A DNA stretch of 12,660 nt from a virus (taxonomy: Duplodnaviria > Heunggongvirae > Uroviricota > Caudoviricetes): positions 1-12,660 of the IMG/VR virus record IMGVR_UViG_2711768060_000001. One strand, given 5' to 3'. A program made the position numbers and the translations under genes. The notes under the pieces are model-generated. The model had not been told where the DNA came from. It ran no database searches and saw only the letters and a program-made list of their open reading frames with translations. Positions within the stretch are counted from its first letter, which is position 1. Each line of letters opens with the position of its first letter. Below are positions 1-6,281 of the stretch, piece by piece.

Positions 1-297
1 TACCGACACCACCGATACCAGCACCGCACACAGTGCATCCGCCGATGTACCGTCATAACCTGTTTTTGCTGCAATCCAGGCTGACAGCACGCGCGCTCCC
101 AGCACGCCGACAATGAACGACACCAGAAAATGTGCCGCCACCCGCCAGGCTGAAAGCGCCTGCGGCATCGTTGCCACAAACAACGCTCCGGCGAACGCCC
201 CAAACACAATCCCGAAATCCGTCCCGGTAAACAGTCCGAATACCGTCGCCCCGCCGAGCGCAGCGGCTGTACCAGAACCGGATAAGGGTTCAGACAT
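1..297 (-). CDS. Partial ORF (3' end beyond window edge) for a Gly/Ala-rich multi-pass membrane protein; possible holin at the start of a lysis cassette
   Basis: ATG at 297-295 preceded by AGGAGA (revcomp of 300-310). Translation MSEPLSGSGTAAALGGATVFGLFTGTDFGIVFGAFAGALFVATMPQALSAWRVAAHFLVSFIVGVLGARVLSAW... shows about three hydrophobic segments. Position is downstream of Q-like gene, morons and terminators. Holin call is inferred from position and topology only. Confidence 0.5.
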   Translation of the reverse strand, partial: MSEPLSGSGTAAALGGATVFGLFTGTDFGIVFGAFAGALFVATMPQALSAWRVAAHFLVSFIVGVLGARVLSAWIAAKTGYDGTSADALCAVLVSVVSV

Positions 298-459
298 ACT
301 TTTTCTCCTGTAAAGAAAAAAGGGCCACCAGCAGCCCGCAAAAAAAACGCCCACCAAAGGCACCCGCAGATGCCTTTGGTGTGGAGTTATTTGATGTGCG
401 CCGGTCGTGGCGCGAGGAAGTGAAATAAGACTTACCTGAAATTAAGGTTAATCTTAGGG

Positions 460-488
460 TTTAAACCATTTTTAATGCTTAGTAATAT
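460..488 (+). promoter_or_regulatory. Candidate sigma70 promoter (TTTAAA-N17-TAATAT) for a short plus-strand transcript
   Basis: -35 TTTAAA at 460-465, 17-nt spacer, -10 TAATAT at 483-488; no ORF with RBS follows; intrinsic terminator about 55 nt downstream. Confidence 0.25.
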
Positions 489-494
489 GAACTC

Positions 495-572
495 GTCCCC
501 AGAAGGGGCCAATACTTATTCTTCTTCACGGACTTTGTCCCGCGGCGTTAATCCGACAGCCGCGCTTTTTTT
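495..572 (+). ncRNA. Candidate small RNA of about 80 nt between the promoter above and the terminator at 541-572
   Basis: No coding potential; internal hairpin CCCC-AGAA-GGGG (about 500-511); ends in stem CGCGGC/GCCGCG plus T7. Purely structural inference. Confidence 0.2.
541..572 (+). terminator. Rho-independent terminator (plus strand)
   Basis: Stem CGCGGC (541-546) / GCCGCG (559-564), 12-nt loop, followed by T7 at 566-572. Confidence 0.55.
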
Positions 573-608
573 GCGCCATATTCATCGCTGACTTATATGG
601 CATTGCCA

Positions 609-643
609 CACGGACATTATCAGTGTCCGTGTTTTCTTTTTTT
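609..643 (+). terminator. Rho-independent terminator (plus strand), second of a tandem pair
   Basis: Stem CACGGACA (609-616) / TGTCCGTG (624-631), 7-nt loop, followed by TTTTCTTTTTTT (632-643). Confidence 0.55.
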
Positions 644-652
644 GAATTCAGA

Positions 653-681
653 ATAAAAAAAACCGCCCAGTGGAGGCGGTT
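653..681 (-). terminator. Rho-independent terminator (minus strand), downstream of the tRNA genes
   Basis: Stem AACCGCC (661-667) / GGCGGTT (675-681) with the plus-strand A-run 653-662 giving a U-run after the hairpin on the minus strand. Confidence 0.55.
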
Positions 682-843
682 GGTCAATGCATGAGATCAA
701 TCATTTTTATTGTAATAGAAATCGAGGTGTCGGGTGCCTCCCGAAATATCCATCCCTACAACAGATATTGTGATTCCCCGTTAAACCACTATATAAACCA
801 CCCTCGCACTGAGGAACACCTCTGCGGTGCTGTTTACAACACC

Positions 844-905
844 AGAATGATGCATCACCGACCCTGCCAGGAAATACAAAATCTCCACCGATAATGCATC
901 ATTCT
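844..905. repeat. Perfect 13-bp inverted repeat CAGAATGATGCAT / ATGCATCATTCTG separated by 36 bp
   Basis: Arms at 844-856 and 893-905 are exact reverse complements; spacer contains CACCGA ... CCACCGA. Lies in a non-coding stretch between the tRNA genes and the terminators. Confidence 0.6.
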
Positions 906-1045
906 GCTGCCGTAAAAATTCAGCACTGAGGCTACACCCGACCTCAAATCATAGCCAGAGAACAGAATACCATTTAAACACAATCCGCTCCCACGTAATA
1001 AAAAATACGCCAGTGCTGTAATACAATAAGGCTTATTACAAATGT

Positions 1046-1120
<75 letters not shown>

Positions 1121-1123
1121 ATA

Positions 1124-1199
<76 letters not shown>

Positions 1200-1260
1200 A
1201 TTGGTTCTTCGGGGGAGCGATATCACCGATGAACAGGAGTTCCCCTCAGAACCGTTGCGC

Positions 1261-1288
1261 ATAATAACGGGCAAAAAAATTACTTCAA
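1261..1288 (-). promoter_or_regulatory. Candidate promoter for the tRNA-Thr/tRNA-Gly transcript
   Basis: On minus strand: -35 TTGAAG (1288-1283), 16-nt spacer, -10 TATTAT (1266-1261), then GC-rich GCGC discriminator; about 55 nt upstream of the mature tRNA-Thr 5' end. Confidence 0.35.
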
Positions 1289-1376
1289 CCAAAATAATCC
1301 GAAAAATAATCCCGGATTTGTAAATATATGCATATTTTTTATTTTTTCTAAAATAAAGAAATTACCAAATACACAT

Positions 1377-2423
1377 TTAACGATTATTTTTTATTTCAGT
1401 TACAGTCTGATTAAATCTCTCTTCTTCCAGTTCCACGCCAATCGCACGGCGTCCCAGTGAAAGTGCCGCTTTTATTGTTGAGCCTGAGCCCATGAAAAAA
1501 TCAGCAACCAAATCACCCGGACGGCTGCTGGCAGTAATTATCTGGCGCAACATATCGGCTGGTTTTTCACAGGGATGTTTGCCAGGGTAATACTGCACAG
1601 GCTTGTGCGTCCAGACATCCGTATACGGAACGGCAGCCGATACGGAAAAATAACGCCGCAGGGATTTGTACTCTTCCAGCAGGCTGGCATATTGCTGGTT
1701 CAGTTCACTGTATGTGCTGACCAGCTGGTGGTGTGGCTTTTCCGGTTCCCCGCGCTGATGTTTTTCTGCCGCAACACGCGCAAACAACACCTGCAATTTG
1801 TTGTAATCACCCTCGTTCGGTAATTGCCACTGACTGGTACCAAACCAGTGCGAAGCCATGTTTTTCTTTCCGGTGGCTTCCGCTATCTGTTTTGACGTTA
1901 TCCCCAGTGATTCACGCGCATCGCGAAAGTAAGAAATCAGCGGGGCCATGACGTGCTGTTTTAGCTCGCGCCCCTTTGCCGCATAGCCGTCATTTTTGGG
2001 CTGGTATGGCCCCTGATAATGTTCTGCAAACAGAATGCGTTCTGTTGCCGGGAAATACGCCCGCAGGCTTTCCTTGCTGCATCCGTTCCAGCGTCCGGAC
2101 GGCTTCGCCCAGATAATGTGGTTCAGCACATTAAAGCGTTCACGCATCATGATTTCGGTGTCAGATGCCAGGCGATGACCACAGAACAGGTAAAGACTTC
2201 CGGCAGGCTTCAGTACCCGCCAGAACTGCGCCAGACATCGGTCCAGCCATTTCAGATAATCATCGTCGCCCTTCCACTGGTTATCCCAGCCCTCGGGCTT
2301 CACTTTAAAGTATGGCGGGTCTGTGACTATCAGATCGACAGAGTTTTCCGGTATGGTCTGGATAAATTCCAGGCAATCAGCGTTGATTAACTCACAACTG
2401 GATATTTTTACAGTATTAGCCAT
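1377..2423 (-). CDS. Orphan DNA methyltransferase (N6-adenine or N4-cytosine, DPPY-type, beta-class motif order)
   Basis: 348-aa ORF with ATG start; motif IV TDPPY near the N-terminus (LIVTDPPYF) and motif I FxGxG near the C-terminus (DFFMGSGST). No restriction endonuclease partner nearby. Confidence 0.85.
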   Translation of the reverse strand: MANTVKISSCELINADCLEFIQTIPENSVDLIVTDPPYFKVKPEGWDNQWKGDDDYLKWLDRCLAQFWRVLKPAGSLYLFCGHRLASDTEIMMRERFNVLNHIIWAKPSGRWNGCSKESLRAYFPATERILFAEHYQGPYQPKNDGYAAKGRELKQHVMAPLISYFRDARESLGITSKQIAEATGKKNMASHWFGTSQWQLPNEGDYNKLQVLFARVAAEKHQRGEPEKPHHQLVSTYSELNQQYASLLEEYKSLRRYFSVSAAVPYTDVWTHKPVQYYPGKHPCEKPADMLRQIITASSRPGDLVADFFMGSGSTIKAALSLGRRAIGVELEEERFNQTVTEIKNNR

Positions 2424-2559
2424 AGATCAATAAGCACTTCTCTGATAGGCTCATACCGCTTTTGCGCAAAGCAGATGGGCCTGAGGTTTGCTTGTGACCC
2501 CAACGCACGAGCAGATGGCTGGCAGGTGCCGCTAACACCCACCAGCCGCCCATTACCAC

Positions 2560-2587
2560 AAATAAAAAAGCCTTCGCTAAGGAAGGC
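2560..2587 (-). terminator. Candidate rho-independent terminator (minus strand) between the small ORF and the methyltransferase gene
   Basis: Stem GCCTTC/GAAGGC (2570-2587) overlapping the TAG stop of ORF 2577-2894; plus-strand A-run 2562-2569 gives the U-run on the minus strand. Confidence 0.45.
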
Positions 2588-2894
2588 GTCTGTAACAACC
2601 GAACTGATAATCTGCCAGACCCGCCATAACAAGCTGAGTCAGTATTAACTGGCAGCGTTCGCGTGAAAGGTAAGTATTCTGCGCAATTTCCCCGACGGTC
2701 GCCGGTTCGGTGACGCTTAATTCATTAAACACCACTCTGGCAGTTTCGGTCATATCCTGCTGTTTTAGCATGTCTTTTTCCCTTTTCTGGTTAACGTGAC
2801 ATACCATTAACTCTTGTCGGAACAGCCAGCAAGCTGAAAGACCAGTATTCGCAACCACCAGCGCGTTTAATGTTCTGTACCGTTTTTCTGACAT
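2577..2894 (-). CDS. Small hypothetical protein, possibly winged-helix/HTH-like; start uncertain
   Basis: 105-aa ORF; the ATG at 2894 directly abuts the terminator U-tract with no SD. Internal ATG at 2771 has AAGGGA 8 nt upstream and would give a 64-aa product (MLKQQDMTETARVVFNELSVTEPATVGEIAQNTYLSRERCQLILTQLVMAGLADYQFGCYRRLP). Confidence 0.45.
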   Translation of the reverse strand: MSEKRYRTLNALVVANTGLSACWLFRQELMVCHVNQKREKDMLKQQDMTETARVVFNELSVTEPATVGEIAQNTYLSRERCQLILTQLVMAGLADYQFGCYRRLP

Positions 2895-2925
2895 AAAAAA
2901 AAACCTGCCAGGCGACAGGTTTTTT
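2895..2925 (-). terminator. Strong rho-independent terminator immediately downstream of the Q-like gene (tR'-like)
   Basis: Hairpin ACCTG-CCAGGCGA-CAGGT (2903-2920) flanked by A9 (2895-2903) and T5 (2921-2925); on the minus strand the hairpin is followed by U9. Confidence 0.6.
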
Positions 2926-2975
2926 GCTTACTTTGCCATCGCGTAAAAAATCGGCAAAATATCAGATTTGCACGA

Positions 2976-3004
2976 AATATATGCCTTTTAATCTACTTTT
3001 GCAA
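2976..3004 (-). promoter_or_regulatory. Candidate late promoter (pR'-like) overlapping the 3' end of the Q-like gene
   Basis: On minus strand: -35 TTGCAA (3004-2999), 17-nt spacer, -10 TATATT (2981-2976); predicted transcript of about 70 nt ends at the terminator 2895-2925. Confidence 0.35.
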
Positions 3005-3677
3005 TACCTTGCCTGGACAATATCGTCTTTTGTTTCGAACGTGTTCTCGCCGCAAACAATAAAGCTTCGCTATCCAGCTGATGAAAAATGTGTTTCATTG
3101 CAACCCAGTGACCAGTAAATGTTTTGGACCAGTTTTTGGTTGTTATTCCCGCCAGTAATGCCAGATCCTGGTATTCATAACCTTCTCCACCAAAAAGTTC
3201 TGCTTTTACTGCCTGCGCCGCCAGCCAGATTAATTTTTTCAGGCGTTCCCGTGTTTTCTCTGCAATTTTCCTGTTGCCAGAATGAGCCTTAAACTCTTCC
3301 CATGCCCAGCGGGTTATGGTGACCTGATACTCCCAGCAAATATTTCCGCTGTAACACCACAACAACCAGGTTTTATGAGGTTCTTCAAGAGACAGAACAG
3401 CCCGTCGCCATGAGGATGTCGAAAACTCAACCTGACTTACCAGAGGAATTGACGTCCCCTTCGCCAGCGATTGTTTCCCCGGGATTGGTGGATTATCCCG
3501 CGTGATAATTTTTCCAGTCACTTCATCGCGGTACCGGATTTTTTTACGCCTGTAACGCCCTGTATCGAACATGGCATTCTTCTGCCAGGCTTCAAGCTGA
3601 CCTTTTGTTGCCCCACTCAAATCGGCGGTGGCGATAATGAGCTGCTCACGAACAAACTGTAAATACTGGTTATTCAT
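2988..3677 (-). CDS. Putative late-gene antiterminator (Q-like)
   Basis: ORF track start at 3683 is GTG; the ATG at 3677 overlaps the rusA stop (ATGA). Product about 229 aa. Q assignment rests on synteny (after rusA and a YdfU-like gene, directly before a promoter plus terminator) and on recalled size of Qin-type Q proteins, not on a verified motif. Confidence 0.55.
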   Translation of the reverse strand: MNNQYLQFVREQLIIATADLSGATKGQLEAWQKNAMFDTGRYRRKKIRYRDEVTGKIITRDNPPIPGKQSLAKGTSIPLVSQVEFSTSSWRRAVLSLEEPHKTWLLWCYSGNICWEYQVTITRWAWEEFKAHSGNRKIAEKTRERLKKLIWLAAQAVKAELFGGEGYEYQDLALLAGITTKNWSKTFTGHWVAMKHIFHQLDSEALLFAARTRSKQKTILSRQGIAKVD

Positions 3678-4039
3678 GCGCACTCCAGCTCTGTGATTTT
3701 TATCCCCAACCGACCACCAGGAACGACCTGACCGCGCACAATATTAATTTCATCAAACTGCTCGTCGTCTATGAGCAGCCCCGCATGCGTCAGCGCATCC
3801 AGTGGTGCTTTCAGGATATTGTCCAGATCACGACGGCGTTTATCCGGTGGCTCTGCAATAATCTTTATCGCCAGCCTTCCGGACAGATTTAATTTCAGCC
3901 GCTGCTGGCGAACAATTAGCGCCACATCACGGCGATAACGCTCACCGACTTTTGATACAAAATATGTGCTGCCACGACGCCGCCAGTAAGTATTCACCGT
4001 CGGCGGATAAGGCAAAACAAATTCTATGCGTTCGGTCAT
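3674..4039 (-). CDS. rusA: RusA-family Holliday junction resolvase
   Basis: 121 aa with RusA hallmarks: LPYPPTVNTYWRRRG near the N-terminus, PDKRRRDLDNILKAPLDALTHAG, C-terminal GGRLGIKITE; about the same length as E. coli RusA. Confidence 0.9.
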   Translation of the reverse strand: MTERIEFVLPYPPTVNTYWRRRGSTYFVSKVGERYRRDVALIVRQQRLKLNLSGRLAIKIIAEPPDKRRRDLDNILKAPLDALTHAGLLIDDEQFDEINIVRGQVVPGGRLGIKITELECA

Positions 4040-5095
4040 TTATGCTTTCCACTTCAGGACACCCGAATTTCTCGCGTGCATTAAAAAACGAATCAGCAAC
4101 AACAGCTGGCTGCCGTGTTTTTCTTCAAAATCTTTTACTCCGGCGTGCAGTTCGTTATGACATTTACGGCACAGCGGAATAACAAACAAATCATCAGCCT
4201 TTGTTCCCATCCCTCCCAGTCCATGACCAATGATGTGATGCGGATCATCTGCCTGATTGCCACACGTCAGGCATTTCTGTGTTTTTACCCAGCGCGTGTA
4301 TACAGGCATCTCTTCCCGTTGTGGTTTCTGGCGCTGGAGATACTGAGCCGGTGACTCCGGATCAACGGCAATGCTGACCACCGTCTTTTCCTGTGGCGGG
4401 TTTTGCTGGTGGGCGTGAGGCAGCGGCGCAAGATTTTTTGTGCGCTGTTTCAGTATGCTGGTGGCGGTCTGTTCTCCCGGTACGATGTCGCTTTCGCGGT
4501 ACACCGAGCGAATTTTTTCCGCACGCAACCCCAGAGAACGACGTAATACTACCTCCGGTAGTGCGTCCGCCACCTGATTGCAGACCGCCCACCAGGATAA
4601 TTCAGCCAGCGATAATTCCCGCTCCTGTGTGCCATTCACTGCATGGCGTATGACGTCAATCATCCATGCTGACAGGTTTTGGTGAGCAAGTTGCCCGAGT
4701 GATTCTGAGGTCTGGTCACGCAACTGGTTGTCGCAGTGCCAGCACAATACCATCGCGCCGGTGCCGTAACGATATATGACGGTTTCACTGTGATGATAAT
4801 CGCCGTGTGGCCACTGGCAGGATTTAATATGGCGCAACAGCCAGTCAGACAATGCACCAGCACCACCGGCAGCACGAATTACCCGCTCATCGCTGAAAAA
4901 TGGCAGTAATGATTTATCTTCCGCCAGCGGCTGGCGAACGGCAGGAACGACTCCGGACGGCAGACCGCGCATACTTTTCGGTTCCGGTTCCACCAGTACT
5001 CTGCCGTTATGGAATACCTGCATGGATTCACGGCCAGGCTTAACGATAACCAGTCCGAGTTCCGGTACCAGAACAGGTCGAAGCAATACCCGCAT
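4040..5095 (-). CDS. ydfU: YdfU-like prophage protein (DUF968-like) with a C-terminal Cys/His HNH-like motif
   Basis: 351 aa; ATG at 5095 with GGAGG 5 nt upstream; C-terminus CLTCGN...DPHHIIGHGLGGMGTKADDLFVIPLCRKCHNELH. Family name recalled from Qin-prophage YdfU (similar length), not searched. Confidence 0.7.
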   Translation of the reverse strand: MRVLLRPVLVPELGLVIVKPGRESMQVFHNGRVLVEPEPKSMRGLPSGVVPAVRQPLAEDKSLLPFFSDERVIRAAGGAGALSDWLLRHIKSCQWPHGDYHHSETVIYRYGTGAMVLCWHCDNQLRDQTSESLGQLAHQNLSAWMIDVIRHAVNGTQERELSLAELSWWAVCNQVADALPEVVLRRSLGLRAEKIRSVYRESDIVPGEQTATSILKQRTKNLAPLPHAHQQNPPQEKTVVSIAVDPESPAQYLQRQKPQREEMPVYTRWVKTQKCLTCGNQADDPHHIIGHGLGGMGTKADDLFVIPLCRKCHNELHAGVKDFEEKHGSQLLLLIRFLMHARNSGVLKWKA

Positions 5096-5096
5096 G

Positions 5097-5375
5097 TTAC
5101 CTCCAGATGCGTTGCTGGAATGTGCGGGATGGACGTGGTGGGCGTTCGGAATAAGGAAGCCTGACGGAAATTATCCAGTGTCGGAAGTCAAGACTGAGGT
5201 CTTTCCTGACCTCGCGTCCGCGCCTGCGATAACACTGAATCAGCCATTCGGCCTGTTCTTCAGTGCACGGATCATGCTGGTACCAGTCAGTTTTAAAGAC
5301 GTGTGAACGCCGCCCGTACCGGATGGCAGGGTCGGCTGAGTTATCAGAATTGTGAAATTTGGTCTTGTGCGCCAT
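5097..5375 (-). CDS. Hypothetical nin-region protein; start uncertain (ATG 5375 or TTG 5429)
   Basis: ORF track start at 5429 is TTG; first ATG at 5375 gives 92 aa (MAHKTKFHNSD...). The TAA stop at 5097-5099 lies 1 nt from the start of the next gene. Confidence 0.5.
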   Translation of the reverse strand: MAHKTKFHNSDNSADPAIRYGRRSHVFKTDWYQHDPCTEEQAEWLIQCYRRRGREVRKDLSLDFRHWIISVRLPYSERPPRPSRTFQQRIWR

Positions 5376-5444
5376 CTGTTTTCTCTGCTGGCGCAGCAGG
5401 TGCCAGTTGTTCAGGCTGGCGTGCGGCAATATTGTCTCTGATTT

Positions 5445-5475
5445 CTGTTGTCGTCAACAGGCAGCGTGCTATCAT
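5445..5475 (+). promoter_or_regulatory. Candidate promoter with overlapping palindrome for the parDE-like operon
   Basis: Palindrome CTGTTG-TCGT-CAACAG (5445-5460) overlapping -35 TTGTCG (5448-5453); 16-nt spacer; -10 TATCAT (5470-5475); about 35 nt upstream of the antitoxin ATG. Confidence 0.35.
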
Positions 5476-5510
5476 CGAATAGTGTTCTATCCTACTCCGT
5501 GAGGTTTACC

Positions 5511-5768
5511 ATGCGTACAACCCAACAATTCAGCATTACATTAACTAACGAGATGGCTGACATGGTGCGCGCCCGTGTGGCTTCCGGTGCCTATGCTTCA
5601 GAAAGCGAGGTCATTCGTGAAGGGCTTCGCGCACTGAATGAGCGCGATAAAGCAATCGAAGCGTGGTTAACGCATTCAGCCGCCCCCTCTCTTGATTCTA
5701 TCCGCGAAAATCCAAACAACGGACGCTCCATTTCACAGGTTCGCGCCGCGATTCGATCCGGGAAGTAA
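5511..5768 (+). CDS. parD: ParD-family (ribbon-helix-helix) antitoxin
   Basis: ATG at 5511 with GAGG 8 nt upstream (ORF track start 5448 is a non-ATG extension). 85 aa, motif YASESEVIREGLRALNERD typical of ParD antitoxins; directly upstream of a ParE-like toxin. Confidence 0.8.
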   Translation: MRTTQQFSITLTNEMADMVRARVASGAYASESEVIREGLRALNERDKAIEAWLTHSAAPSLDSIRENPNNGRSISQVRAAIRSGK

Positions 5769-5773
5769 TCTGC

Positions 5774-6073
5774 ATGACATATGAAGTCATCATTACTCCT
5801 GAGGCCGAACAACAAATAATCAACCTGCACAGATATATAACGGAGAAAGCAGGAAGCGTCATTGCTGACAATTATGCCAATGCGCTTCTTGATTATCTTG
5901 ATGGGTTTTCTACATTCCCGCATCGGGGCAATAAACGCGATGATATTCGCCAGGGGATGCGGGTAACTCATTTCCGCCACAGAACGATTATTGCTTTTGC
6001 CGTTGATGGCAGAAAAGTCTTTATTGTCGGTATCTATCATGGTGGGCAAAGTTATGAAACCGATTTCTTATAA
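5774..6073 (+). CDS. parE: ParE-family toxin
   Basis: 99 aa, 5 nt after the antitoxin stop; ParE/RelE-fold pattern (MTYEVIITPEAEQQIINLHRYI ... RKVFIVGIYHGGQ). Confidence 0.85.
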   Translation: MTYEVIITPEAEQQIINLHRYITEKAGSVIADNYANALLDYLDGFSTFPHRGNKRDDIRQGMRVTHFRHRTIIAFAVDGRKVFIVGIYHGGQSYETDFL

Positions 6074-6156
6074 ACTTTTACCCACATCATTCCGGTGTTA
6101 GAATAAACCGTCCGCCCCCTCTCTTACTGGCGGATTCGTAGGCTATATAAATCAAA

Positions 6157-6190
6157 GATCCCGGCTCATGTTTGTGCCGGGATCTTTTTT
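6157..6190 (+). terminator. Rho-independent terminator after parE, placed between convergent genes
   Basis: Stem GATCCCGGC (6157-6165) / GCCGGGATC (6176-6184), 10-nt loop, T6 at 6185-6190. Confidence 0.6.
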
Positions 6191-6197
6191 CGGCGAT

Positions 6198-6281
6198 TTA
6201 TCCCCAGCGGCAAATCGAATACACCACCAGCGCCACAGCCATTGCGATTCCTGCCGTTGTAAATGCCTCAGGCCAGGTCAT
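6198..6281 (-). CDS. 27-aa hydrophobic single-helix peptide, translationally coupled to the upstream 301-aa gene
   Basis: Not in the ORF track (under 60 aa). ATG at 6281-6279 overlaps the TGA stop of ORF 6278-7183 (ATGA); GGAGGA lies 10 nt upstream. Translation MTWPEAFTTAGIAMAVALVVYSICRWG, TAA stop at 6200-6198. Confidence 0.35.
   Translation of the reverse strand: MTWPEAFTTAGIAMAVALVVYSICRWG

Noticed and set aside
113-313. 66-aa plus-strand ORF
   Set aside because: Antisense shadow of the better-supported minus-strand membrane-protein ORF (1-297), which has a strong SD; the plus-strand product is a low-complexity Ala/Pro-rich string.
670-894. 74-aa plus-strand ORF
   Set aside because: Begins inside a terminator hairpin region, has no SD, and overlaps the inverted repeat; low-complexity translation; likely non-coding.
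844-905. Inverted repeat as the ends of an IS element or MITE
   Set aside because: No transposase ORF and no evident target-site duplication flanking the repeat; kept only as an unexplained inverted repeat.
1575-2390. Plus-strand ORFs 1575-1823, 1733-1951 and 2019-2390
   Set aside because: All lie inside the methyltransferase gene on the opposite strand, whose product has clear catalytic motifs; treated as shadow ORFs.
4115-5306. ORFs 4115-4354, 4362-4592, 4393-4653, 4660-4875 and 5022-5306
   Set aside because: Embedded within or antisense to the YdfU-like gene and its neighbour; no start signals; composition typical of off-frame translation.
5448-5510. N-terminal extension of the ParD-like ORF (start at 5448)
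   Set aside because: The track start is a non-ATG codon inside the predicted promoter; the ATG at 5511 has GAGG 8 nt upstream and gives a typical ParD length.
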